Shown here: positions 27,467 through 41,889 of the stretch, one piece after another | Layout of the letters: every line of letters begins with the position of its first letter | How positions within the stretch are numbered: the first letter of the stretch is position 1 | NCBI RefSeq assembly: GCF_000150275.1 | Contig: NW_002060947.1 | Coordinates: forward strand, 8,503,284-8,567,283 | Length of the DNA stretch: 64,000 nucleotides | Origin: Trichoplax adhaerens | Taxonomy: Eukaryota > Animalia > Placozoa | Direction of reading: 5' to 3' | Notes under the pieces: model-generated | Told to the model about the DNA's origin: nothing | The model's input: the letters and a program-made list of their open reading frames with translations, nothing else | Databases searched by the model: none | Position numbers and translations under genes: made by a program

Positions 27467-28858
27467 CTAATAAAAGGTTATCAATTTATTTCTCTCTTTA
27501 TCGCATCCTTTCTTTTCTTATCATTAGCGATTATTACATTGACAGCCTGTATCTAAGACATGTCTGGAGCTATTATAATTCGTAAAAAATAATAATCATG
27601 AATTTTTCGCTACCGATTTTGCGATCACGAACATATCTATAGGGAAAGTTGGCGTTATATTCATATTTCAATCCTGTATATTCTTTATTTTATGGTGGAC
27701 TCGCCGAGCTCGTAGTCACCATACGGAGCTATTATTCGATTGAAAGAACAGCAGTTTGATCGGTCTTATATTTACTTTTGTAGTGTATTTGGATTGTACT
27801 GTAACTGTAGTCTACTCTTAAATATAGACATTTTGTATTGCTATCAGATACAGACACATTTAGAGTCTGTTCGCTCTACATTCAAATATGGCTTACTACA
27901 TTTAGTTATTACAGTCTACACTATTTTCTACGATCATCTGCTATTCTATAACCAGTTATGGTATATGTTGTATCTAATCCTACAATCATGTTCTCTGCAT
28001 GTGTTCTAATGCCATAGCTATAAATACCGCCGTTTTCTACCTTAGATTTCTTTAGTTGCATTATTAATCACAGTTAGTATTCATATTTTACTCACAGCAG
28101 CCACAACGCTGATCTACCGTAATTATTACATTGTACCTAACTACTATCTACAATAAAGTATCCTCTCTTCTTAAGCTCCTTGCGCAATTCTCTGCTTGGC
28201 AACTAAAACCTCATTATCTAACTCTTCGAACCCACCATCACAACTTTGTTCGAAAAATAAATATCGGTAGTCTCAGAAGGACTTTAAGACTTTTTCCAAT
28301 AAGACATTTTGAAGGAGATAATAGCTTTAATTGGAAACCCGATAATAGATATTCTGGAAAAATTGTATAAATTAAAATACAATTACAATAAGATTTTAAT
28401 TTTGGGCAGTTTTAATTTTGACTAGCAATTTAGCAAAAACTAATAACTATAATGCTGTAACCATGACACAAAGATAAAAAATAGAATAATTAATAAAGGA
28501 GATAGTAAGTCTAGAAACTTAGCAAACCTTGAATCAAACATGTTCTACTACATTACTTCGTTATATAATCCAAATCCCAATGCAGATTTCTTTCGATACA
28601 CCAAGCCGTTCTATCATAATGCCTTCCATATAAATATACGGCTAACCTGGTAAATAGTAACTTATGCATTGCGTATTAAATATCCAAATTGTTTTTCAAT
28701 AATAAATTATTCATAATTTTGAATTATAAAATCTCTTATAAATCAATTGACTCTTAATGTGAGGAGGATTAGAGGTAAAATAGATTAAGTCCAAAGGTCT
28801 AAGAAAAAAGTGTCTTGAAGGATGTATCAGAATACGGCTTTCCAATATTATATATCTT

Positions 28859-29872
28859 TTAATTGTACTTCGCTGGGTATTGCCTCTTCAAATTGCAACA
28901 TTTGAGTTCTAGTCTTCGCGATAAAAGCAACATGTAGCATATAGGATTTAGAGAGGAATTAACATAAAGTAGGAAATGTCCTATAATAGCAATTTGATGA
29001 CCACTATTAGTTGATAGAAATGCAAATTTAAACCTACTGGCAATGTAAATTAGAAATCCTGGTAGCCAGCTTACTAGATTCATCACAACAATTATTCCTG
29101 TTATAATACATAAACGACTTTCGATGTTTCTATGGTTCGAATTCCTATTTGTAGAAACGTGAATAACTCGGTGTCGAACCATTCGAACTTGTGCAATAAT
29201 AGCTAGATATAAAGTTATTGTAACTAAATACACGATGATTAAGATGCCAAATCCATACGCAGCAGTAGTTCTATGTACTGATTCATAAGGATCTATAAAG
29301 TAGCAAACATGGACAAAATGCTTGGCTGTAAATGGATTGTATAATGATACTGCAGTAGTACTGGTCGCTATCGTGCTCATTAAAATAAGAGACCATGAAA
29401 TTGTCATCACTAATTTGACACGAAATAATGTAAAACGGTACGAACTGTAGGGCTTGACAATACTTGTATACCGATCAAATGATATATACAGCGAGATAAA
29501 CGCAGGCAAAGCGACTGCCATGTTTGCTAGATAGCGCGCTATTGTACAAGCAGGATCTTTTACCCAAATATTTGTTATATTAATACAACCATTAAATAAA
29601 TAGCAATTAAAGATGTGGGCATGATAATTAGCGTAGTAACGATCAGCACAAGCCATAATTACAAGATAACAACAGCCAAATAGATCAGCTATCGCTAAAT
29701 TGGTAATTAAAAATGCGTGTACTTTTCTAATTCGAAGATTTTTGTAACCATTATGTCTATACATTCTTATTGAGTTAAAAATCATATAAAAATTGGCTAT
29801 AAACCCTGCTATTCCAAAAACCCAGCAAATAAGAATAGCAAGGATATTATCTTGTAGAATTCCTACCAACAT
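28859..29872 (-). CDS. GPCR array copy 3, intact, ~337 aa
   Basis: Same motifs. The true start is probably the ATG at 29872 (MLVGILQDN), aligned with the paralogs; the ORF track used an upstream TTG. Confidence 0.95.
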   Translation of the reverse strand: MLVGILQDNILAILICWVFGIAGFIANFYMIFNSIRMYRHNGYKNLRIRKVHAFLITNLAIADLFGCCYLVIMACADRYYANYHAHIFNCYLFNGCINITNIWVKDPACTIARYLANMAVALPAFISLYISFDRYTSIVKPYSSYRFTLFRVKLVMTISWSLILMSTIATSTTAVSLYNPFTAKHFVHVCYFIDPYESVHRTTAAYGFGILIIVYLVTITLYLAIIAQVRMVRHRVIHVSTNRNSNHRNIESRLCIITGIIVVMNLVSWLPGFLIYIASRFKFAFLSTNSGHQIAIIGHFLLYVNSSLNPICYMLLLSRRLELKCCNLKRQYPAKYN

Positions 29873-32357
29873 CTTAATGATATAAAATAATCCAGATAAC
29901 AATCTTCATGCTTAAAGTGTTATTGACTCGATTAGTTTGACTTTCACCTTCATACAATTATAGTTTAAGACTGAATGGGACTATATGTCTAACTTTTAAG
30001 ATATCTGATAAATTGTAAAGAACCATAGATATTAATTAAATTTCACAAAGTATTATAAAACTTTTCTGCATAATGTAACTTATTGTAACCTCTTTCAAGA
30101 TTTATTCACTCGTCGTTAGAAAATGTAACTATTACGTCCACCCGTCGAATCTATAACCCTGTCAAATACTTTCTTTTATATAAAGTAGGTATTGTTCTCA
30201 TTAGAAAATAAGATCACTGTCAATTATTTCATCCAATATTGTTTTACAGCAATATCAAATATAATTGAATTGAGAAAGCTGACTTTAGATTAATATTATT
30301 AAATCAAGATTATTGCGGCATTGAAAATTTGGATTTTCATTATAATACTAGACTAACCAATATATGACGGAAATAATTGCTACCTCTAATTTAAGCAATT
30401 ACAATCGATCCATTTTGTTTTGAAATGCTAAAAATAAGTCTAGAAGATTTTATCCGTGATAAAAAATATCTCTAGAAATAGAAACTACGGGCGCTAGAAA
30501 TCTAAACTTGGTAAGACTTTTTAGTTTAATATTGATCTCTATAATATTTTATTAAACCTATTCGTAATGCTTTTAGATATAAAAGAAAAATAAAAACTGT
30601 CACTTCGAAGCCTGCATTAATATGGCTAAGAATGCAGCAATTTAGGTATTTATGGTAACAATTTGATTAATAATTTATATAATAGGATCTGGTGCTGTTG
30701 CCATTTAAAGAGGGCGGTAGCGATAAATGGCGAATTTACTGGTAATACAGGCAGTCCTTGCATTTTATAAAAAAAAACTTTTCTGTCACTTGACTGCAAA
30801 GACGTTAACGTAATCTTGTCTTTAATATTACGGTATTTACCACGAAGAATAGAAATTGCGTTATTTAGTTATCATTTATGGCCTTACGCAAAGGATTAAC
30901 TTAAGTTAATAAGTTTTTAAATCACCTACGGACTTACATAAATGTAGAATCAATCAATTCTTACCTGTACGATAATTAGCGTAATTTTAGGCCAATAAAT
31001 ACATTTCCTTAAAGATGTCCTGAATTTTATTGCATATTCGAAATCTTAATCACTATTCTGAACATTAAGCTTAGTAATGTAAAATCGATGACGATAACTT
31101 CAAAATAAAGGAAATAACCTAAACAAGCAATGAGAAAGAAACAATAATGAATAGGAGCTCACTATTGCTAGGTATTATCGTTTCGTTTACCTTGTCTACT
31201 ATTTATGTGCTGTCTGTAAGCTATAATTAATTATAGGTAGTGCAAAGTTCATTTAGTCCTAGATCTACTTTTCTCATCCTGCTATGCACATACGTTGCAT
31301 TCATTGAGGCTACACTATGGTACTTCTTAACTAGTTTCAATGATCATTCCTAGAATTTTTAGCTTCCAGCGTCCTTTAGGTGTATAAAAATACTTATGGC
31401 ATATCGTAAGTATGGTAACATATCGATTTCTGAATTAAAGCTAGTAATATCTTATCTCCTATAATTATAGCGTTGAGTTGGCTATTAAATTTGAGGAGTC
31501 TGGAATCCTTAGAAAAAATCTAAAACAGTATTTACTCTATCTCTTACATAGTTAGTTAGGCTAATTGTGCTAATGTTCTTGAACTTATAATAATCTTTTA
31601 TTTAAGCACAAACATCTGCTCTTGCATTCCATCTGTAAAATCTTACTCTAAATTGCGGATGTTTTTGAGCAGGTATCGTTGTATCTGATTATATTCTCGA
31701 TAGCCTTTGAGAAAGCTCTTTAAATTTTGTATTTACAGTACCTATCCAGTTCATTATCCAAGCCCTGCAACATCTACAATAGTTAATTAATACCGTCTTT
31801 TTCTCTAACTTGATACTTCCTGTAAAAGTTTCAAAACTATGCATCTTACATATTGAATCTTGTGTTGCAAATAAGGCTAGTAATTTAAGGTATTTATTAC
31901 AATTGAGATTATGTTACAGTCTTATAATTTAAATTAAATAAACTTTCGGTAGTAAACCATACTATAAACGTCAGTCTTGACAAAGGATACAGTAAAGTGA
32001 AGTATTCTGCTGTTAAAAGTTGCTGCTATCAACTACTATTCTAGTTTCGGCCTAGAATTACTTTTCTTGACTGCAGTTACACCGACAAACTTCACGACAT
32101 AGTGCTACTTTTGCTTTATTCGGACTAGTACGACCAATTCTATTTACTCGCGGAAACTACAAAATTACTAACTAACGACCAACATTCGCAACTAAAATTA
32201 AAAAAAATTTAGTCGACCTAACCTATATACAATGGGCAGAAATCGACTACGCAGAAATCAACTACGACAAATACTTAGCCGATACAGCTACTCATAGTAT
32301 ATTTACGACAAGACAAAAACTCTAAGAAATGATCCAGTACAAAAATTTTTATTCCTG

Positions 32358-32951
32358 TGTTATAGTATCTTTTACCGTGATGAGTTAGATTAGCTAATTA
32401 GCTATTTTTGTTTATTAGAAATTGAGATGTTTACGTGGTAGTAAATTGTGTTTTGGTGCTTATTAGTAAGGGAGTTGAGCAACTGCTCTTGTTTATTCCT
32501 GGTTACTTATTAAACTGACTAGGAGTATAGACTAGGATAATATAAATGTGGATGCTATGCTCATCTCTGTGTTAGAGGATTTTTACGTTAACAGAACTTA
32601 TAGTTGAGTTATAAGACTATTACCGTATAGCAGATTACAGTCGTGGAATCTTCTGTGTGAGATTCAGAGTAAATAGCAAATATCTTAGAAAGTATATGAA
32701 GTCTTTAGAAGGTGTAATATAAGGTAGAGTGGTGTAGATAAGAATAAAGTGTACTGATAGTAATCTTAAGTGAAAGCCTTTGTCTTATTTGTATGTATTA
32801 ACAGTTTACCCAATGTCGGTTACGGAAGTACTGTTCCAACCTTGAGAAGCTCTGGGTATCGCCCATCTAGCGTAGGGGTTTAACTGTACTTAGTAAAAGT
32901 TTTACACAGTTTTAGTAGAGAAGGTTTAGTGTCACAAAGGAGGTTGTGGTA
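32358..32951. mobile_element. Older solo-LTR-like element, ~594 bp
   Basis: Ends are decayed versions of the family termini (TGTTATAGTAT vs TGTCACGGTAT; GGTTGTGGTA vs GGTTGTGACA). TSD degenerate. Confidence 0.55.
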
Positions 32952-33381
32952 TGCTAACAATATTTTGGAGTAAACTTCTGACACTGATCTAGGATGAAAT
33001 TTGAACAAGATAAAGTGGAAATTAGTTCTCTTCATGCGGTTCATTATAGCAATATAAATTGTATGTTGCTAGACTCTAAATATACTAGGAAAAACGGTTA
33101 GCTGACAAAATCTAACCTAACCAGAAATTTTTCAAATCGACTAGATATCATGCAAATTACCAGAATTCTGCATGTTGGTGGTGCTATAAATACGCGAAGC
33201 AATTTATATTTCGCTTTACACAGTAATTTGATCTAGAATGCAATGCTTGATAGAACGTGCATTTATTGTAGTGAAATTATCACAGATATTTACTGTGGAA
33301 GATGTCTTAAATCAAGGTTGAAGTAGGCTATATACCCTAGGAATTACTATTACTTGATTAATTAAGTCAATTAATTCTTAC

Positions 33382-33575
33382 GTAATCGTTCCAAAATAGC
33401 CGTTAATCTTCTTCATTGTTGTGAATCTTTCGCAATGAATTTCGTTCACTAATAAATTAATTAAGAGGATTTCCTTCATCAATTCAGTGTCTGAAATAGG
33501 TTCTAAAATAATGGCAAGCTTCTGGTTATTTATTTTCCCTAATTCATTAGGTTTTCTATTAAGAGCCAATGTCAG
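33382..33575 (-). pseudogene. TRPM-like exon (MHR3) with intact splice sites
   Basis: ttctaccAG|...|GTAAG. LTLALNR..LMKEILLINLLVNEIHCERFTTMKKINGYF resembles [38 protein letters not shown]. Confidence 0.55.
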
Positions 33576-33809
33576 CTGGTAGAAATATATTATTTAAAAG
33601 GGAAAGACAAAAGGCAATGTAATTTGAATCACATACGCTGAATATATAGTCACTAAAGCCAAAAAAGCTCCAGAACTGTAGTTATATACAAAATTTTAAG
33701 CTAAATTTCAATTTATGCATTGCTGCTGACTTAATATATAAGATATGATTTAAGCTTGAAATGCTATTATAATGCATAATAGTCGATTAAAGATTGTATT
33801 ATATGATAC

Positions 33810-34763
33810 TGTCACAGCGCCGTTTGTAACGATCGGATTCCCGTTCCACACTTATCCTACTCTCTTCTGTCATACAGTAAAACTGCCACCAGGCATCACT
33901 ACTCGCTTTACTTCAGCGAAGGACCTCAGTCAACAGTAAAGGCGGACTAGAAGCGTCTGGATAAATTTACTAAACTAACTTTATTAGGTCTCCGTATTTT
34001 TCTCCTCTCTAGCGAGGTAAATTACAACCTCTTATATACTTGTATCAAAATCTACACCTTTTCAACCTGTTAATTATTCTTATACATAACTTAGTCTTTT
34101 CTATAACTTTGTAATCCTATTAATTACTATCGAACAAATATGTGATAATTGATATTATGCGCTAATAATATTATAGCGCCAATTAACAACTTAAATCCGT
34201 TTAAGATCTAACAGATTCCCTACAAGTGTGACAACCGCCATTTTGGTTATTACACGTCAGTGACAAAGTAGTCTACACACGCCAATCCTTGCGGAGAACG
34301 CCACTTACTAACTTAAAGAGGCGAGATTAGCTATATCATCAAATAATTCAGTTCCAACGACCGAATACTATGGTATAATTATAGCGTCACAGATGATGTA
34401 GACGAGATAGTCAGAGATTTACTATCATTTATTACTGAAGGAATCTTGGCACCCAAGATTATAGTCTTTACAATTAAATATCAATTGAAAAACTAGTTGA
34501 CTATCTAACCGACTAACGAACTAAAAAGAAATCTTCAGGCTTCAGCCTTTTATAGTCTCGCCAGAAACTCCTGGTTAATTAGGACGAGCTTACGCATAGT
34601 AACATTGGCATATTAAGTACCTTACTTCTACACATTCGTTAATGGAAGTCCATTAACGATTGAACCTCACAATTTTAACAGATCATAATATTTATGATTA
34701 TCTAAACGTAACCGTCTACTTCTACTTCAATAACATTATCACATAATATCTTAAACCGTAACA
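33810..34763. mobile_element. Solo-LTR-like element, 954 bp, TSD GATAC
   Basis: gatac|TGTCAC...GTAACA|gatac. Confidence 0.85.
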
Positions 34764-35486
34764 GATACTTAGTAATTATTATTATTAGTAATAAACAGTA
34801 ACGACTTCAGACTAGGGTTATTAGCTTTAGCCAGCAATTATAGAAGTGTAGCATTTATCAAAACAGTAATTAAGTTTTTAGTTGATACAATAGTTAACGC
34901 TAACTTTGTTCAATTTATACAATAGTCAACATATCAAAGTCTATTTCCTAAATGTACTGGCTATAAACGGTATATCTTCGTATAATAATGAATCGAAGAG
35001 CACTTAATAATATTACACTATGCGATTTTTGGTTATTACTTTTTAATACATCGTAACCAGTCTTACAAAGCTCATATCCAGTTTTGGCTATGTTTAAACG
35101 CCTTTGCTGAGCGTTATGCACTTTAGTTAACTGTTTAGTCAATGTTTGCTATTTTCATGAAATGGCTACTCCTTTACCGATTTGAGACTTTAGTAACTGA
35201 AATATCGAGTTTAATTGTTCTTGTTTACGATAACACTAGTGCACATATATTTCCCCAAAATTTCTTATTTTATATTTAAGGCTCAAAATATTCAATGTCT
35301 TTATATATTGTAGCTCCAAAATATGGCTAAGATTAAGACTCAGAATANNNNNNNNNNNNNNNNNNNNNNNNNNNNNNNNNNNNNNNNNNNNNNNNNNCCT
35401 ACTAGCAGACTACACAAAGACTTAAACGCCTCATATTTTACGTTAAACACTAAATTTAAGAACCACTTTATTACACAATATACTGC

Positions 35487-36036
35487 TCTGATATACACCA
35501 ATCACGAAATTTCAAATTTTAGAAATATAAAGGCTTTATTGAATCTTATACAAAAATTAACTACACATAGCTCTACTCTAGCCGAATACTACTACTAAAG
35601 ACTTCTACAACGAACTAACTGAATAATCTAAAGTTGCATGCTTTTATACTTTCCGTAGCATTCGCATCTACAATCCGGATGGCAACTTTTTACCTTATTT
35701 TACACATAGTTAAATTATTCTTAGTAACACTATCCTACTGCGGACTATCATTAATCCAATATGGACACGACTACAGTACTTACGTAGACATTATTCACAC
35801 CAGCCAAAGTACAATGAATTAACCTTATCCTAATATATGATTTACAGTTCTACTTTTACCTATGGCCTTATTAGTAACTCAACACCTTACTGTATAAAGT
35901 CATCTGCACTCTAGCATAGAGTCTATATCACTACAGACTATAGTTATAGCTACCAAATATCTCTTAGGATAAGTATTTATCGTACATTATACTAAACATG
36001 GCTAACAGTCACAATCACAATACTAGTTACATTACA
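35487..36036 (-). mobile_element. Nested solo-LTR-like element, 550 bp, TSD ACTGC
   Basis: actgc|...ATTACA|actgc; absent from the host paralog at ~16670. The same family begins at 13797 and 61682 (TGTAATGTA..TAGTATTGTGAT). Confidence 0.85.
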
Positions 36037-36969
36037 ACTGCATTTATATATTCTTCCTCAATAGTTCATGAGTCATAGTTAGTACGATTAACTTTGGAAT
36101 AATTTACTGAATTAGATATTAATGTTAGCTACTGCTCCCTCAATAAGACAACAGTATTTACGAACATAGACATCTGATGAATAATACAGGATAGTCAGAT
36201 TACGATATTTCCTATCACGGAGCATTTCCACGATAATTTACAATCTACTATAAGTAAGTTACAATTACAACGATTCGAACTGTATGTACATGATTTGCAT
36301 TCCCTATTATAACTATTAATTTCGGTATGTGTATATATTCACTGTCATAAAATGTCAGTGCTATATTAAAACACAGCATATCTAAATTAGAAGTTAACTA
36401 AATAAGGATAGGCTAACAGAATTATCCTAACATAGATATTTCTACTCTAACACAGTATATAACAGTGTTACAGCAATGCACTAGTGTTATTAATGACTTC
36501 TATGTGGACGTGTATTGAATTTTAATTTGTATAAATTGTATAGAACTGTTATAAAACAGGCTAAATATATAAGTTAATTATCCAATTTATTCAAGTCTCT
36601 TTTTAATGTTCTTATGAGGAAAAGAAATCGGATTTTTTTATCAGAAACATTGAAGAAATAAGCGTTACATTGAAAGTCAAGAATATGCTCTTAACTATTT
36701 GAGATACATTAGAGACTTGCTTTATTTTAGGAACTCAAATTTTTAATTACAAGATTGCTAGGAGTACATACGCTACTTTTGCTATAATAATGAAGATAGT
36801 CAGACTAAAGCTACATAGCACTTAGTATTTGTCAGGCCAACCCATTTTATGCAATAAAGTGAAATTTATAAGAAACTGTATTTCTTATTTCATAATTTTG
36901 ATAGCATTTTATCATACTCTAGTGATAATTAATGCAGCTAATTGTTAATTAAATTATATATAGATGTTT

Positions 36970-37200
36970 AGATTCAAATTTCATCTAAATTTATAGTTAT
37001 TGGCAAAGGTGGTTATATTTGTACACAAATTTGTGTTTAGAGTAAGCTTCAATGTTTGAGTACTGCATGGAGCTATTGAAGGAGAATATACTGTGTTACT
37101 TCCAGCTGTTTTAATATTCACAGTAAAGTTCATACTTGAAGTTAACAGTCATTACCACTGCACCACTGCTTTTAGATGCATGAACACGAGCAGGCATCTG
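36970..37200 (-). pseudogene. TRPM-like relic (SLOG)
   Basis: VHASKSSGAVVMT (cf. [13 protein letters not shown]) then LKTAGSNTVYSPSIAPCS (cf. ALK..KICTIGIAPWG), with frameshifts. Confidence 0.5.
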
Positions 37201-38627
37201 GTTTTACGCGTAACATGTCGTTCTTCATGATCTGTGGATTAATAAGGACATTATGTTTAGCAAAAGAAAACGTATCATCTTTCAATAAGATATATGACCG
37301 CTAATGGGTTAAGTCATTCTAGATATACTTAGAACTTAAAGGAGTACCGGTATTTAACAAAAATTACAAGTATAACAATTTTTGTAGATGTTTAGAGACG
37401 GTTCTTTTAATTTTAGTCTTTCTACGTTAACAAGAAGGAAGGTGGGCTTCATAGATGAGCAATCTAACAGTTAACATTAGTTCTTTCTCATACTGTACAG
37501 TTGCCTGTAGAATCTGATCTTATTAATTTCATAAAATAGCAAATTTTGTATTTGATATAAAATTTAAGCATCTTCATGCTTTACGAAAGTTAGATCAATC
37601 CTATACCATAAGCTATTGGAACCAAGAAAGAGTAGTTATTAATCAGCAAAATTATGCAGTCAATATATACTAAAATGAACAAGGACAAGTGTATATTTGC
37701 AAAACATATTACCGTTGACAATTGGCTCGATTGAGCATTATAGATTTGATGTATGGGTCAGTTCATATTAAATTTAGATTTCTTCTATATTTTTATCAAA
37801 TCAATTGCAAATCAACTTAGATTGTGATCTTATTACTAGACTTCATAATCTGCTCTCAAAAATTTATCAAATTCGAATGCATTGTAACGTGAGCGTTTCA
37901 ACTATAGAGCCTGAGATCCGTAATTACATTAGATAATAACAGTCATAATAACTTGGAAAAGATTTTATATCAATGCCAGCTACGGTCTTTCAATAAATTT
38001 TCTTTTAATTTAGGCTATTACTAACTTTAGTTTATTTTAAACCTATATATCTTTAATTTCGGAAAGTATGACTGTATTTATCAACTATCGGTTTATTTTT
38101 ATAGTATTAACTATTAGGATAAAATTTGAATCAATTAGAAATGAATGTAAATTTATAGCAAAGCTTAACTTTTTTCTAGTACCAAGATATTTTTAACGTC
38201 TTTATGGACAAAGTTATTATTTCCTACGGTGCTTCGAATAAAATTTGAGCTTTAAACTCCAATAACATTGAGATCCAAGATTAGCTAGATTATTTATTTC
38301 AGCTACTAAGAGACAAGAGAATGACTGTTTTGCTAAATACACATGAATGGTGAAAAATTATGCTATAAAACGGTTATTATGAGGAATTATAGCAAGATAT
38401 AAAATTTATTATTTTTAAGTACATGCCCACGAGTAAAAAATTTACAGATCATGCTGAGAACTATTTCTGATAAGGAAAAAAGATTCTCTAGTTTTCTGTA
38501 CATCTGTATTAACTTCAGTACAAATTTTCCACTATACAAAAGTTAAAGAAAAACTTAACAGCTTCAATTAATTTACGCTGTTTGTAAATGATTCAAATCT
38601 AAGATGTCTACAAATACCAAATGAAAA

Positions 38628-39652
38628 TTATTGAACTAGCACAATATTTGCATGCGAATTTGTTTTTTTGCCAAGGCATAAACGTTTTGAATGATTAGAA
38701 ATTAATATAGTATAGCATACAGGATTCATGCATGAATTTACAAATAACAGTAAATATGCTATAATAGAGAGATGGTAGCCAATATAAGATAGTAAAAATT
38801 CTAATCGCATTGCATTGCCAATAAATACTACCAGACTTGGAAACCAACTTAGAAAATTCGTTACAGCTAGTACACCTGTGATAATACTTAAGCGCATTTG
38901 AGCTCGGCTTCGACTTGAGCGATTCTGAACAACTAAATCGGAAATTCGATATCTCGCTCTATGAATACATACAATAATAGCTATATAAAGGATCATAGTG
39001 GCAATATAGAACAGTATACCCAAAGCAAATCCGATTGTAGCGACAATTTGAAAAACGGGATCCAATATATCAGTAAAATAGCATACATTTGTAAATATCC
39101 TAAAATTATGCGGATCATACAGCTGATCGGAACGAATATTGCTAATAATATTGTTACAGATAAAGCAATCATCCATGCTCCGACTACTAGAATTTTGGCG
39201 TGATCGAGAGTTAAGCGATATTTACCATGTGGTTTGACGACAGTTGTATAACGATCGACAGCAATATACAAAGTTAAGAAAGTAGGCAAAAAAGTTGCTA
39301 TATTGGCCAAAAATCGTGCAAATGAACATGTCGGTGTAAGTACCCAGATATTAGTTACGTTATGACAGTATGATTGAAAGTAGCAATGATATATGTCTGA
39401 ATGATAGTAGAGATAGTAACGATCAGCACTAGCAATAACAACAAGATATAAACTACCAAAAAAGTCAGCAATTGCTAAATTAATTATCAAAAATGTATGA
39501 ATTTTATTAAACCTAAATTTTTTCCCGCTTTTACTAAGAAAAGCTCGAAAAGAAGAACATATGACATAAAAGTTTGCTAAAACGCCAATTATACCAAATA
39601 TCCAACAGATTAGAGAAGCCGCGATAATGCCTTGTAATATGCCCGAAGTCAT
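38628..39652 (-). pseudogene. GPCR array copy 4, full length with one frameshift near 39135-39143
   Basis: ORF 38993-39652 carries TM1-4 and ORF 38628-39176 carries ECL2-TM7. The frame switches at ...ILLAI / RSDQLYDP. Could be a sequencing error. Confidence 0.85.
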
Positions 39653-40750
39653 TTTAGTTCTTACTTCCTAAGTGATTTTCAACAGAAATACGTTACTAAT
39701 TTTAAATCGTTTCGAAGAGATTTTTGTAAGTTTAAGACAGAATTTGCTTGTAAGAGAATTAAAAATTATCTATTTAGTCGGCGATCAATCTGATTCTTTA
39801 TAACAGTCGCTACGGCTATTACAAATACCATAAAATGTATTTTTGCAGGTGTAGTGAACATATTAAAGCTTTTAATTTACTTTACTTAAATAATTTGAAT
39901 ATTTAATAAATTTAATTTAAAATTGTCTGGTTGCTAACTTAAAATATCATAATAGTCGTACGCCAATCGTATTAACAGAATCGGTTTACATATTCTACGG
40001 GCTATTGAAAATTATTATGAATTATTAAAACAGCTTCTACATAGTTTATAAAAGCATGATTAAGATTATTAATAGTTAACGCATAGGATGGTTTTTATTT
40101 GTTAAACTCAGGGCGAATTTTATCAAGTCAGCACCGTATTAAAAAAGAACACTTTTTCAGATTATAGGTAGATAATGAATTATAAATGATAAACTGAAGA
40201 TTTACGTGCAGCTTGACTGACAGAGCTGGTTAATTGTCGAGAAGTGTATTTGGGTTCAAGTAAAAAGTTCTTACTAGGATTAATTATTTTCTTATGGGAG
40301 TCTGTTTTACTTTGTGCTATAGTTTAAGAGTAGACACGAATGCGCTTATAGGAAATCTGCTAAAAATTTATTCGCGTAAAAGCTTCTAAGCGACAGAAAT
40401 ACTGTATCTTAAAGCTCCTCCAGTAAACCAAACGATTCATAGATTAAAAAGTTCTGGGATATGGCATAGCCAGCTTCTAAGGACTGAAACATTTTAAATT
40501 TAATGCAAATGCAGTACCACAAGTTGAAGACCATATTCTAGGATACAGTATTGCGCCATTTTAAATTCTGATAGTAATTTAAGCATTAGACTAGTGTTTT
40601 CTAATGAAAGTGCTGGGTTACAATTTAAAGCATCACACTCTATAATTTTAAATTCCGATACTTATTTACTAAACCGTATTTTGTGACAAGAACGTTAATC
40701 AAAGTACGGTATTTTATTCTAACTTATTTGGCAATTTCCATTGAAATTTC

Positions 40751-41075
40751 TGTTACACTTTAGCAATACTATATTCAAAGTAATGGGAAAATTCTTAATG
40801 TACTCCGACAATACTACCATGACACACACACATATGATTATATTTATACAATTTACCTTTATTTCAATTACTGATTCACTATTCCAGTGCCTCTAATTTT
40901 TCCAACTTATTCTTAACTTGCAACTTAAGCATTTACGATTTATAACGACTGTAACTCGTGTACTGATTGACTTACGACTAAGCCTAATCTGGCCGACCAT
41001 AAGTCTAGTAAAACAAATACAATTATAATCATACTCTTTTCAGTGCGTAATACGGTTACTATAATAGTCACAACA
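40751..41075. mobile_element. Solo-LTR-like element, 325 bp, TSD ATTTC
   Basis: atttc|TGTTAC...CAACA|atttc. Confidence 0.7.
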
Positions 41076-41889
41076 ATTTCTTTATAGATGTTCCAAGCAC
41101 GAATACAAGGTCTGATAGCTAATGCGAATATTTATTAAATTGATATTATGTTTTCATACCCACTTTCATGCCTACTTTTATACAATAAAATATTGCTTTA
41201 TAAATTATGTATGGGCGAAAAATACGATAGCGCCCTACTATGTTGACGAAAATCTTGTTATATCAGTATTGATTAGTAGCGATAATGCTAATAATAGCCG
41301 GAAGTGGGTGTGCACAATTTTCAAAGATAAGTTTCTTTTTTGTAATAATGCATTATTTACAAATGCTGTCTGCATTAATTTATTTTATTAGAACAAATTA
41401 GTTTATTGGTAGTGTTAAATGGATAAGATTTATGGCATTATTGCATGTTTTATCTCAGATCACATTTATCAACTACGTCTTAATTTCAAAACGCTGTCGA
41501 AACGAATGAAAATGCCATGTCATCAATAGTATCGTCTTTCTGCCATTTTAGTACCATGATAATTAAATTAAATTTGTATCATAGTACTTACTAATGATCT
41601 AAAGAATGTATCAATTTTCTACATATAAGTATATTCAATTAATTTCGTCATTACCTTATTTCTATAACGACTACTACATGATCATTATTATTTCAATTCT
41701 ATCGCTTTATTATTGAAATTTAATTATATTTATAGTAATTTGGCAATGCTAGGAATATTCTAAGATTGGCGATGATGTTACTACGACATAGCTTTAACAC
41801 CATCTACTACTAACTGATTAACTAACTGGCTAAGCAACTGAAAGTAGCAACTGCTATGCAGTTTCAGACTTATTGCGCTATCGATGCTT

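Noticed and set aside
27560-28370. Possible plus-strand decayed GPCR
   Set aside because: Only a vague FSCIINH..Y resemblance with many stops; unsupported.
31560-31790. Further TRPM-like fragment (KI*RAFSKAIENI), and similar traces at ~10.5 kb and ~51.1 kb
   Set aside because: Similarity is too weak to call without a search.
38993-39176. Programmed frameshifting in the split GPCR ORFs
   Set aside because: No slippery heptamer or shared position between copies; simple mutation or sequencing error suffices.
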